Below are positions 1 to 12,285 of a stretch of 54,616 nt of DNA, piece by piece. The notes under the pieces were generated by a model that saw nothing but the letters and a program-made list of their open reading frames with translations, searched no databases and was not told the origin of the DNA. The stretch covers positions 1 through 54,616 of the forward strand of contig JAQGDQ010001215.1 of assembly GCA_030141605.1 (NCBI GenBank), in the 5' to 3' direction. A program made the position numbers and the translations under genes. This stretch comes from Tubiluchus corallicola. Taxonomy: Eukaryota; Animalia; Priapulida. Numbering within the stretch: position 1 is the stretch's first letter; each line of letters starts with the position of its first letter.

Positions 1-284
1 AAGGACAGAAAGCAATTGACAATGGAAATACCTGAGAGAGCTTTTGTATTTGTTCCTAGGTAACACTGACCTAGATAATTAATCAATAACAAATCGATGT
101 TTCTTTCTTGACTGCAATATCTGTCTTGTCTTTTATTGCTTGCATCAAGACTATTGTTCTGAGTTATAGGAAATGCGAGTATTGCAGGTGGTGGCTAGGC
201 AAGTGTGTAATAACAACTTATGAAGCAAAATCAGTCAACTTTGTGGCACATTAACAGAAGAGCTACTTTTTGTTTTTTCACAAA

Positions 285-850
285 ATTTCAGTTTTGTTAG
301 AAAGGACATTTATAAATTTCGAATTTTCAGCTTTTATTAGAAAGGACATTTATAAAGTTGGAAGTTTCTGTTTTTATTGGAAAGGACATTTATAGAGTTC
401 GAATTTTCAGCTTTTATTAGAAAGGACATTTATAAAGTTGGAATTTTCGGCTTTTATTAGAAAGGAGATTTATAAAGTTCGAATTTTCAGCTTTTATTAG
501 AAAGGACATTTATAGAATTCGAATTTTCAGCTTTTATTAGAAAGGACATTTATAAAGTTGGAATTTTCAGCTTTTATTAGAAAGGACATTTATAAAGTTG
601 GAATTTTCTGTTTTTATTGGAATGGACATTTATAGAGTTCGAATTTTCAGCTTTTATTAGAAAGGACATTTATAGAGTTGGAATTTTCAGCTTTTATTAG
701 AAAGGACATTTATAAAGTTGGAATTTTCTGTTTTTATTGGAATGGACATTTATAAAGTTGGAATTTTCTGTTTTTATTGGAATGGACATTTATAAAGTTG
801 GAATTTTCTGTTTTTATTAGAAAGGACGATTTTAAAGCTGGAATTTTTAG
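285..850. repeat. 40-bp minisatellite, about 14 copies
   Basis: Unit TTTTATTAGAAAGGACATTTATAAAGTTGGAATTTTCAGC repeated in tandem with point variants. Confidence 0.9.
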
Positions 851-896
851 CTAAAGTTTACAATTCTCCACATACAAGAAATTAGTTTGTGAAGCG

Positions 897-1160
897 AATT
901 AGGGTTATGGCTGGGATTAGGGTTAGGATTAGTGTTAGAGTTAGGGTTAAATTTGGGCTATGGTTGGGAATAGGGTTAGGGGTACGTTTGGGCTATGGTT
1001 GGGATTAGTGTTAGGTTAGGTTAGGGTTAGGATTAGTGTTAGAGTTAGGCTTAAGTTTGGGCTATGGTTGGGATTAGGGTTAGGGTTGGGTTAGGGCTAG
1101 GATCAATGTTAGAGTTAGGGTTAAGTTTGGGTTATGGTTAGGATTAGGTTATGGTTAGGA
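897..1160 (+). repeat. Degenerate interstitial telomere-like (TTAGGG)n tract
   Basis: TTAGGG hexamers mixed with TTAGGA, TTAGTG, TTAGAG, TTGGGA and TTATGG variants. Confidence 0.8.
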
Positions 1161-1254
1161 TCTTTTAATGCATAAAAAAAATCACAAAATTCATAAAAAT
1201 ATATTAAAAATATTAATTCTAACATTAAAAGAATATTATAAATCATAAAAAATT

Positions 1255-1613
1255 ACCATTTACAGTAAATAGTGTATCTATTCGGCGGATGAATACACAC
1301 CAAAAACGAAATGTAATACTTGCGCCCGCTTAAGATGCTACTTGCCGACGTGAGATTGTACACAACACACGATTGGTTGATTGTGAACATTTTTATGAAC
1401 ATTTAAGTAAAGTTTTTTAAAAGGTACATGTACAGTATGGGAAAAGTTATTAAGGGAATGGGAAAGGGTTATGTATAAGAGTGTGGGGAGGGTTTATAAA
1501 GACTTAAAATAATGTATAACTACTAAAATAAGTATAGCGTCCCTACTTTGCGGAAATTCACTTATCGCGGGTGGGCCTGGAACGGAACACCTGCAATAAG
1601 GGAGGGAACACTG
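1255..1613. mobile_element. Truncated Tc1/mariner (Tigger/pogo-like) non-autonomous element, one end only
   Basis: Ends ...TTATCGCGGG...CTGGAACG...GAGGGAACACTG followed by TA, resembling a CAGT-type Tigger TIR with TA target. The other TIR was not found and the left boundary is approximate. Confidence 0.5.
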
Positions 1614-1620
1614 TATATAC

Positions 1621-1653
<33 letters not shown>

Positions 1654-1965
1654 CATTTACATTTACATTTTTACATTTACAAGTTACAGGCATTAACAGA
1701 AAATGTGGAAGGAGTCCACAATTGCTCACACAACTTTAAATGTAAAAGTCGTCGTGTATACAATTATATATAATATATAATATAATATAATATGATATGA
1801 TATGATATGATATGATATGATATGATATGATATGATATGATATGATATGATATGATATGATATGATATGATATGATATGATGCAATGCAACGCAACGCAA
1901 CGCAACACAACAAAACACAACACAACACAATATAACATAACATAATATAATATATATGTATATAT
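1614..1965. repeat. Compound microsatellite (TACA/TA, ATATG, CAACG/CAACA)
   Basis: Directly visible simple repeats; they explain ORFs 1548-1739, 1726-1938 and 1736-1930. Confidence 0.9.
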
Positions 1966-2235
1966 TAAAGTTCAGCTGAAATTTCTGTAGTTTCCTTTCT
2001 TTATGTTGAGCTTTTTGTGAACAGACGTTTCTGACAAATGATCAGTTTCCTCTTTGCACAAACAGGAACAAGAATTAGTATGAGAAAAGCACGTGGTAAA
2101 ACTCTGTCAGTAAAAGAAACCACGACACGAAAGTTCACTTAAATATATTGTTTGTTTTAACGCTCTAATGGAAAAATGCAGGACATGAACGTTTTGAAAG
2201 AAACTGCACGCACTGCTAAATACAGGAAACTTTAA

Positions 2236-3572
2236 AGGAAAGGTCAACCATTCTGGGAAGCCAGGCTTTCTAGGCGGTTATGCTTATGTCAATGCTCGCG
2301 AAAAATGTTAGAAGGATTTAGTAATAAAACTGCCATAAGCGGCTCGTGTAATTAGTAAAATCACTTTAAACTCGTGATCACTTCATGCTTGTGACGCTTC
2401 CATTTCCATACCCGTTCTACCAATGACGTCATTCGTCCTGAAGAAAAGTAGCGCACTGTCAATCTTCGGCAAAAGTATAATAAGTTTTTACAAAAAATTT
2501 AGATAACTAATTTTGTGATATTTCGGCAAGAGCACTAGGTAAGCTGAAGAAGTTTGACTTAGCTTACGGAAAGCCAGGACGCGCTTACGAAAAATCACGA
2601 GGTCTCCCGGTTACGTCATAATTTTCAAATGAATGGCGGCCAAAAATTTCTATTCAGAGGTAGTTTATTTCAAATTTATGCTTTATAGACCGTTAATTGC
2701 AAATTTCTTTGTTATATTTTTCTAATTTTAAGTGATAACAATAAAATAAACCCAACATGCTGAGTGACTTGTTCTTTCCGTTAGCACACCACAAACAGTT
2801 TAAGTGATAGCAGTAAAATAAACCCAACATGCTGAGTGACTTGTTTTTTCCTTTAGCACACCACAAACAGTTTAAGTGATAACAGTAAAATAAACCCAAC
2901 ATGCTGAGTGATTTGTTCTTTCCTTTAACACACCACAAACAGTTTAAGTTATAACAGTAAAATAAACCCAACATGCTGAGTGACTTGTTCTTTTCTTTAG
3001 CACACCACAAACAGTTTAAGTGATAACAATAAAATAAACCCAACATGCTGAGTGACTTGTTCTTTCCTTTAGCACACCACAAACAGTTTAAGTGATAACA
3101 ATAAAATAAACCCAACAAGCTGAGTGAGTTGTTCTTTCCTTTAGCACACCACAAACAGTTTAAGTGATAACAGTAAAATAAACCCAACAAGCTGAGTGAG
3201 TTGTTCTTTCCTTTAGCACACCACAAACAGTTTAAGTGATAACAATAAAATAAACCCAACATGCTGAGTGACTCGCTCTTTCCTTTAGCACACCACAAAC
3301 AGTTTAAGTGATAACAGTAAAATAAACCCAACAAGCTGAGTGACTTGTTCTTTCCTTTAGCACACCACAAACAGTTTAAGTAATAACAGTAAAATAAACC
3401 CAACATGATGAGTGACTTGTTCTTTCCTTTAGCACACCACAAACAGTTTAAGTGATAACAGTAAAATAAACCCAACATGCTGAGTGACTTGTTCTTTCCT
3501 TTAGCACACCACAAACAGTTTAAGTAATAACAGTATAATAAGCCCAAGATACTGAGTGACTTGTTCTTTCCT
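2236..3572. mobile_element. Kolobok-like non-autonomous DNA transposon containing a 72-bp tandem array
   Basis: Left end TTAA|AGGAAAGGTCAA (TTAA 2232-2235); right end TTGTTCTTTCCT|TTAA (TTAA 3573-3576). Imperfect TIR with RR..YY termini and TTAA target, as in Kolobok. Confidence 0.6.
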
Positions 3573-3575
3573 TTA
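2725..3575. repeat. 72-bp minisatellite, array 1 (about 12 copies)
   Basis: Unit TTTAAGTGATAACAGTAAAATAAACCCAACATGCTGAGTGACTTGTTCTTTCCTTTAGCACACCACAAACAG; produces the spurious 24-aa-periodic ORF 2693-3595. Confidence 0.95.
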
Positions 3576-3886
3576 AAAGTGCTCAATAATCGCATTGCAA
3601 GGAAACAGCTTTTCGCAATTAAAATACTTTTTATAACTTCGCCTAAATGACTGCATTACCGTGACCTGGCTTCACGAAATGAAACCCATCTGCTGAAGCC
3701 ATGTAAACAATCGTCTGGAAATCACCAAAGTGAAGCTCACAAATTGCTCTTAACCTCTTCCTGATGTTTGGTTGCCCTTTTCGCCAAGTCCGTGGCACGT
3801 ATTTTGTTCTGTTTATAATTTAGAGGTTTTAGAAGAAACATCACTTTTATTTATATACAACGTTGGCATTTCTGCAGTAGTGAACT

Positions 3887-4305
<419 letters not shown>

Positions 4306-5381
4306 CCGACAATATTTGTCGTTGAGGAGGCTACCGCCTGCGCACATGCACAAATATGGCGAAAAACTTTCGCCCACACAGTGTGTCATCGTGCAGGATT
4401 GTACTTGATAAAAAACTACGTTCCTGTCCCGCCACGCCACTGAGTTTGCCCTACATCTTAATGCTTCTCCAGACTGTAGCGTGCCGAAATTTATAAAAGT
4501 CTTACGGAATTTTCGGAATCTAATTAAAAATATTCGATTTCATCTTTCACATTTTAATTAAGATGTACATCATAAAATATAAATTATTCATATTGACATC
4601 GGAAGATGCTTTTATCAATTATAATTAAAAGAAACAGACAATTTCACATTCGCGATGAAATGTTCGACTCATAAACTCGTAAAATCGATAACACAGAGTC
4701 GACAGCATCCCATAAGCCTCTTATCTTGAGTTAGTCCCAAATTAAGTCTTTGTGCTCAAACTCCTCATTCCCCACACGATTCCTGTAAACTTAATTACAA
4801 GATTTGTGTCGACAGAACACGTGACAGGCTTCATTATTGATCGAAAAATCAATAATTACTCCACATAATTATTGTTGGTGTTAATGGTACGTTAGTCAGT
4901 GTTCTATTTCCAGCCATGAGATTTCATAACAATTTTATCAACATTGAAGCTTGCGCCAAGCCCATTTTAATTTACTGTCCAAAATATTCACTTTCTTGCC
5001 TATAACATAAATACCCCGGGAAGTCAATTTACGGCAACCGAACAGTGCTATCGCTTGCATCACAAACTAACCACAGTTGATACGATGGTAGGCATCTTCC
5101 TGCGTGTCAAGTACGTTTGCGTAAGCGAAGATTGCTCTAAGACGCCGATGTGACGTCATGAAAATAATGTGACGTCACGCTGACGTCACGGACAAACACT
5201 GCAACGAGCCCAAGGAGGGGGGGGTACAGCCGGTACATTGCTCTGGAGCACGTAAATATTAAATTTTGTACGTACCCTACTCTTGATATGCAACAGAAAA
5301 ATGAGAAACGCTAAACTTTGCGTAGCTGAGTAATATTTTTACCGGATTCTCAGCTACATTTCACATGACTTCATACGTCAA

Positions 5382-5499
5382 AGGACAAGAAAAGGGGCAC
5401 CGGAAGTAGGTTTCAGAAAAATCGCCTTAAAAATATACTACTTTACAGCATTTTTATGCACATATCGTATTCACGTTGAAAGGAATTTTCGTTTGTTTT
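5382..5499. repeat. Dispersed repeat fragment, also at about 20898-21018
   Basis: GGACAAGAAAAGGGG...GAAGTAGGTTTCAGAAAAATCGCCTTAA...TTGAAAGGAATTTT occurs at both loci in the same orientation. Confidence 0.75.
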
Positions 5500-5645
5500 G
5501 CCCAGGGGTCCAGAATTTGCCCCAGGGGGTCCAGAATTTGCCCAGGGATCCATAATTTGCCCAGGGGCCCCATAATTTGCCCAGGGGATCCAGAATTTGT
5601 CCAGCCAGGGGTCCAGAATTTGCCCAGGGGGCCCAGAATTTGCCT
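5500..5645. repeat. About 20-bp GC-rich minisatellite (GCCCAGGGGTCCAGAATTT)
   Basis: About 7 imperfect tandem copies. Confidence 0.85.
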
Positions 5646-6179
5646 TACTCCAGCACATGAAAATTCTCTTGGCAGCCTAGGGGACAGTGGCAGATGTAAG
5701 CAAGGTTTGAAATTTGGATTCAATCAATAACTACTTCACTGTCAGGTCTTTCCGTAACCTTGACATCAATTCCGTGTGAAATGAAAACTCTTAATCTTCA
5801 TCAATTTAAAAAAGCATCAGAAAATTACCTACTGCAACGATATAATTAACTCACAATTTTACTCATCCTGATCTTAAGTTACTAACAAAACTTATTTTGT
5901 TCTAATGTAAATGATAACTGATGAAAATGTAATGTTAATTGTCAATTGTTCCACTTATCTGGAGGAGGACTCGAAACCTCAATGCATCTTCCTCCTCTTT
6001 ACAATAACTCGCATAGTTTATTTACTTTTTTCAATGTAATATCAACTTGTATGTTTGAGTTGCTGTGGAATAAATTCATGAACTCATAAACTTTGACTAG
6101 AAGCTTCAAGAGAAAAGACTTCAAAGGCACAACAGCCGGAAAGAACCGAAGAGAATCACAGACGACATGCTAAAAGAAA

Positions 6180-6408
6180 CACACAAACACGCAGATAGAC
6201 AGAGAGACACACAGACAAACAGACAGACATACAATGAATATCCGTTCATACAGAGCCAGATACCCACAGGTAGTTTGGCAGATGAAACCGTCGGGCAAAG
6301 TATTGAATACGGCTGTCACCCATCCGCTTACTGGTTAGATTCAGTGCTCCTTAACTTTACTCACAATGCAACCACTTAGCTTTTTACTTCGCTCCATTTT
6401 TTCCGGAA
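6180..6408 (-). mobile_element. 5S-derived SINE (SINE3-like), copy 1
   Basis: Minus strand reads AAAGTTAAGGAGCACTGAATCTAACCAGTAAGCGGATGGGTGACAGCC (5S box A/IE/box C-like), then a unique body and a TG/TCTG tail. A close second copy lies at 10047-10221. Confidence 0.55.
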
Positions 6409-6719
6409 ACCTACTGAAAGACCTGATTATTTCGAGTATAATTTATTAATAGGCAGTTTTTGTCAATTCTGCTGTTTTTGAGTTAGTTGCAGAAATCATT
6501 CCCATCCATTTTAAAACGTTACGTTGCACTGATGTAATAATATTAAACTCGTATAATTAACATCCTCTTAAAGAAAACCCAGACCCAATCTTAAACTGTA
6601 GGTCAAAACAATCTACTCTTTAAAATAGTGAAAGGAAACATGCTATTTTTTCAAAAATGACTTACGTGAAAGAATTATTACCACGCAAAGACAATTTCAC
6701 GTTCGCGCCACTAGTTCTT

Positions 6720-7190
6720 CACTGTTACACGCATTTCGATATTCGTTAGGCGGGCACTAGTGCCTGCATTTCGGAAACGCACTGCACAAAAACAGGTACT
6801 GTACCTCTCAGTTCAGATGTCATCGTTTATGACGTACTGCACACATTCGACAGCTCATGCTTGAGCACAGCGGTAAAAATGAAATTGGAGTTTTTATCTT
6901 AAAACTTGCCTAGTTTTTGTACAACACACTGAATATCTTACAGTTGCACTGTACTTCAATTTTCACTTTCGTAAACACGTACAACACGCTCGTGGAATGT
7001 TTTTGCTGTTGGAAATTGTGTTAGTTTGTGATGTCATCAATAGTTGGGCTCGCCCGCCGCTAATGAAGTTCTTAATCTATTATTTAATTATCAGAAACGC
7101 TTTTGCAACATTAATTGTGTTAAAATTTATACGTTTTATCAGACTTGAAAATGGGGTGGTGTATGAAAAACCATCCTGTATTCCTTTAGC
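6720..7190. mobile_element. Dispersed ~450-bp repeat (probable non-autonomous TTAA-type DNA transposon), copy 1
   Basis: Homologous to 27590-28053 and, partially, 10893-11095. Copies end in CCTTTA(A/G). Confidence 0.65.
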
Positions 7191-7554
7191 AAAATTGTTG
7201 TAAACACTCGAACATTTTTAGTTTTTGGTTGAATCAACCAACTCCCTGCGGATTTCATGATACTTTACTCGTTATTATCAAGTTACTGCAATTACCTCAC
7301 CATTGGCTCACTGAACTGAAGGCTTTTCAACTGTTTTTGCACAATGTAATTCATTAAATCATCTCTGTCTGATATTTGCCTGTGATTAAATTGCTGAATT
7401 TACTTCTGGTTCTATGAAAACTGCGTTTTGATGGCTGCAGGTCTCTTGAGAAGAGATTTAGCTAAAATACATGTTTAAACGATGGTTTAGTATGTACATT
7501 TTAAATCTGCACTTGTAATATTGTCATGCATTTATTTTCGTAATACAGGATAGT

Positions 7555-8115
7555 ATAGAATAGAATAGAATAGAATAGAATAGAATAGAATAGAATAGAA
7601 TAGAATAGAATAGAATAGAATAGAATAGAATAGAATGGGAAAGAATAGAATGGAATGGAACGGAAAGGAACGGAACGGGATAGAGTGGAATAAAATAGAA
7701 TAGAATAGGTTGGGACAGAATAGAATGGAAAGGAATAGCATGAAATGGAACAGAACGTAGCGGAACGGAAGGGAACAGAATAGAATAAAATAGAATAGAA
7801 TAGGTTTGGACAGAATGGAATGGAATGGAACGGAACGGAACGGAATAGAATAGAATAGAATAGAAGAGAAGAGAAGAGAAGAGAAGAGAAGAGAAGAGAA
7901 CAGAACAGAACAGAACAGAGCAGAACAGAACAGAATAAGCAGAATATAACGGAACAGAACTGAACAGAACAGAAAAGAACAGAACAGAACAGAACAGAAA
8001 AGAACAGAACAGAACAGAACAGAACAGAACAGAACAGAACAGAACAGAACAGAACAGAACAGAACAGAACAGAACAGAACAGAATAGAACTGCGTAGAAT
8101 AGAATAGAATAGAAT
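7555..8115. repeat. Compound pentanucleotide microsatellite (AATAG/AATGG/AAGAG/AACAG)
   Basis: Direct; explains ORFs 7524-8237 and 7532-7741. Confidence 0.95.
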
Positions 8116-8249
8116 AAATTTATTTTACAACAACCAAAGTAGCACGGGTTTTTTAAAATGATCTTGAAGTTATTTTGAAAATTAAACACGATACATGAAT
8201 TGCTATTGATACAATCTGTTTTGTAAAACTGTGACAATTTGTTGTCCTA

Positions 8250-8500
8250 AAACTTATGATACAAACAAATGCTTAAAACTGATGATACAAACAAATGCTT
8301 GAAACTAATGATACAAACAAATGCTTGAAACTGATGATACAAACAAATGCTTAAAACTGATGATACAAAACCAATGCTTAAAACCGATGATATAAACAGA
8401 TAGCTAAAACTTATGATACAAACAAATGCTTAAAACTGATGATACAAAACCAATGCTTAAAACCGACGATATAAACAGATAACTAAAGCTGATAATACAA
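8250..8500. repeat. About 26-bp minisatellite (AAAACTGATGATACAAACAAATGCTT)
   Basis: About 9 imperfect copies. Confidence 0.85.
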
Positions 8501-8602
8501 AGAGTATTAACATTGTCCTGAAACTGTACTAGTTCCAATACAATTATTTATTTCATTCCAATCTATTTATTTATTTAGCCTTTTTTATTTAAGAAAACTT
8601 AA

Positions 8603-9360
8603 CTAGATTTTAACAAATCTGACTTTTCTGTAAAGCTGCAACAGATTGTAAGCTATTGACCTGTCTATCCTTGCATCATGATGACGTTCAGCATCTTCCA
8701 CAGCATCATTTCTAAGCATCTTTCTCAATCTTTTCTGTAGGTACTGCTTAGCAGATCTACAGTAAATCAATAATGTAAGTCTGTTTGTTGTTCAATTCTT
8801 GTCGGCTGAGCGGATGTGAGTCTCTCTCTCTCCAATAGCCAGGAAATTACCCAACAGTTCTCCCGTCTTCTCATCTGAATTCATCAAGATGAGGTCTTTA
8901 TCTCGGCACATTTGTATTCTGCTTTGGTAGAGGCTTCTCTCAAAGCTTTCATCAGCACACGGATCATTAGTGTTCACGAAGATGAAAACACGTATAACTC
9001 CACTGAAGCCATATTGCAAAACGTGAAATGTTTCTTGAACGTTCCACGTCATTTGTTTCTGTAGACACACAGACACACAAACACACAAACACCCCCCCCC
9101 CCCCCACACACACACACGCGCACGCACGCACACACACACACACACGCACGCACGCACGCACGCATGCACACACACATAACGCCACTGAAGCCATATTGCA
9201 AAACGTGAAATGTTTCTTGAACATTCAACGTCATTTGTTTCTGTAGCGATGGATCCCCAAGGACAATTTATTTCCTAGATTTTCGCAAGAATATTGACAG
9301 CTCTGATCCATACGGAACATTCTTGAATCGGATATTTTAAATCTTACGGTCTACTAAATT
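8603..9360 (-). pseudogene. Possible decayed coding segment, interrupted by a CA tract with flanking duplication
   Basis: After removing the CA insert and one duplicate, one frame reads ...NIRFKNVPYGSELSIFLRKSRK*IVLGDPSLQKQMTLNVQETFHVLQYGFSGVIRVFIFVNTNDPCADESFERSLYQSRIQMCRDKDLILMNSDEKTGELLGNFLAIGERETHIRSADKN*TTNRLTLLIYCRSAKQYLQKRLRKMLRNDAVEDAERHHDARIDRSIAYNLLQLYRKVRFVKI*, about 190 codons with few stops. Confidence 0.35.
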
Positions 9361-9639
9361 CTGAACCCTTTATCAAATGGAATAAACAATGTGAACTGTC
9401 CTTTGACTACGTCACTATTATTATTCACTACGTTTTTATCTTGGGTATGTCACGTTAGAATCTTTTTAAGTTTTTATATATGTAGGTTACAATTTTTTGT
9501 AAGTACATATAAGGTACTCAACAACAGAGCATGCGCAGTGTTGATGTTTGTGACAATACCGAAGCCCATCTCATCAATAAATTAATAATAAAAGCTCCCG
9601 AAATGGAAATATTTTAACTGTATTTATCGAAACTGTAAC

Positions 9640-10221
<582 letters not shown>

Positions 10222-10484
10222 GCGTTTCCAGTCGCGAAGCTGAAAACTTGGTCATCAGTCGAAGATGCACGAATCTTTTATTGCTGACTCGCTAAAGTTA
10301 TTTGCTGAAAGTGTTAAATTCGTGTGTATAAACCGAGATAGATGTTTGCTGTGTAAGTAAAAGGGAAGGTGAACAAACATGGCCTTCTCTTTTCCATTTT
10401 ATTGCTGCCGAAGCCTGACAAATCTTGATGGCAGCACAAATAACTCACTGACGCAAGTTAAGCAGAAATCTTGAAACATTGTAA

Positions 10485-10893
10485 ATGGTGATGACAATGA
10501 CAGTGATGATGATGGTGACGCTGACAGCAATGACGATGACGAGGTTATTACGACGATGACGGCAAAAAGTGACGATGACGATGATGCTTATGATGGTGAT
10601 GATGATGACGACGGCAACGACGACGATGATGATGATAACGACGACGGCGACGACGACCATGACGATGATGATGATGGTGGTGACGACGACGACGACGACA
10701 ACGATGATGATGATAACGATGACGACTACGGCGACGACGACAACGACGACGATGATGATGATGGTGATGATGATGACAATGATGATAACGATGATTACGA
10801 CGACGACGACGACGATGATGCTGATTATGGCGATGATGACGGCGCTGGCAGCGATGACGACGATGATTGTGATGATGACAATGATGATGACAG
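10485..10893. repeat. Degenerate (GAT/GAC)n trinucleotide microsatellite
   Basis: Direct; produces low-complexity poly-D/T/V/H ORFs in several frames. Confidence 0.9.
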
Positions 10894-11095
10894 TGCCACT
10901 GTGCTTCAATTTTCACTTTTGTAAACACGTGCAACACGCTCATGGAATTTTTTGCTGTTGAAAATTATGTTAGTTTGTGATGTCATGAATAGTTGGCTTC
11001 TTCCGCCATTAATTAAGACTTTAATCTATTATTTAATTATCAGAAACGCTTTTGCAATATTAGTTGTGTTAAAAAGTATACTTTTTATCAGACTT
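10893..11095. mobile_element. Partial copy of the ~450-bp dispersed repeat
   Basis: CACTGTGCTTCAATTTTCACTTT...TTTTATCAGACTT matches about 6947-7147 and 27810-28010. Confidence 0.7.
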
Positions 11096-11104
11096 TATTG
11101 AAAG

Positions 11105-12118
11105 TTTGAGTGATAACAGTAAAATAAACACAACATACTAAGTGACTTGTTTTTTCCTTTAGCACACTACAAACAGTTTAAGTGATAACAGTAAAATAAA
11201 CACAACATACTGAGTGACTTGTTCTTCCCTTTAGCACATCACAAACAGTTTAAGTGATAACAGTAAAATAAACACAACATACTAAGTGACTTGTTCTTCC
11301 ATTTAGCACACCAGAAACAGTTTAAGTGATAACAGTAAAATAAACACAACATACTGAGTGACTTGTTTTTTCTTTTAGCACACCACAAACAGTTTAAGTG
11401 ATGACAGTAAAATAAACACAACATACTAAGTGACTTGTTCTTTCTTTAGCACACCACAAACAGTTTAAGTTATAACAATAAAATAAACACAACATACTAA
11501 GTGGCTTGTTCTTTCCTCTAGCACACCACAAACAGTTTAAGTGATAACAGTAAAATAAACCCAACATGCCGAGTGACTTGTTCTTTCTTCTAGCACACCA
11601 CAAACAGTTTAAGTGATAACAGTAAAATAAACACAACATGCCGAGTGACTTGTTCTTTCCTTTAGCACACCACAAACAGTTTAAGTGATAACAGTAAAAT
11701 AACCCCAACATGCTGAGTGACTTGCTCTTTCCTTTAGCACACCACAAACAGTTTAAGCGATAACAGTAAAATAAACCCAACATGCTGAGTGACTTGTGCT
11801 TTCCTTTAGCACACCACAAACAGTTTAAGTGATAATAGTAAAATAAACACAACATGCTGAGTGACTTGTTCTTTCCTCTAGCACACCACAAACAGTTTAA
11901 GTGATAACAGTAAAATGAACCCAACATACTGATTGACTTGTTCTTTCCTTTAGCACACCACAAACAGTTTAAGTGATAACAGTAGGATAAACCCAACATA
12001 CTGAGTGACCTGTTCTTTCCTTTAACACACCACAAACAGTTTAAGTGATAACACTAAAATATACACAACATGCTGAGTGACTTGTTCTTTCCTCTAGCAC
12101 ACCACAAACAGTTTAAGT
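11105..12118. repeat. 72-bp minisatellite, array 2 (about 14 copies), ending just before an exon
   Basis: Same unit as 2725-3575; ends about 23 bp before the exon starting at 12142. Confidence 0.95.
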
Positions 12119-12141
12119 AAAATAAACACCTGTTTTTTCAG

Positions 12142-12285
12142 GATCGTTTGAAGGACCAACGTGTGGGCCTCGATGCAAAGGCAGCAGAAATAGCACACAT
12201 TGCAGGAAAAGTTGTTGGCGACGTTTTATTAGAAGGTCTGGGAGAAGCAGTACCTTGGGCAAAACCTATCACTGTAGTTATAAAG
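12142..12285 (+). CDS. NLR/STAND gene, first identified coding exon (start of N-terminal helical domain)
   Basis: Acceptor TGTTTTTTCAG| and donor AAG|GTAAAC, phase 0/0. Encodes DRLKDQRVGLDAKAAEIAHIAGKVVGDVLLEGLGEAVPWAKPITVVIK and joins in frame to GIIGAYALAG at 13787. No ATG, so a further upstream exon is required. Confidence 0.75.

Noticed and set aside
1-253. Possible terminal exons of an upstream gene (KDRKQLTMEIPERAFVFVPR|GT at 59/60, possibly joined to KCEYCRWWLGK... at 170)
   Set aside because: Too short, truncated by the window edge, weak acceptor and no recognisable domain.
2693-3595. 300-aa Cys/His-rich repeat ORF (and 11394-12035) as a zinc-binding protein
   Set aside because: Translation of the 72-bp minisatellite; the stop-free frame follows from the unit length being a multiple of 3, and the second array has frame breaks.
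8270-8345. CTGATGA...GAAA as a hammerhead ribozyme core (also CTGATGA at 3885 and CCGAAGA...GAAA near 30960)
   Set aside because: No adequate stems I-III could be formed by eye around the core motifs.
10445-10961. Poly-Asp (biomineralisation-like) protein
   Set aside because: Trinucleotide microsatellite open in multiple frames and running into a dispersed repeat.
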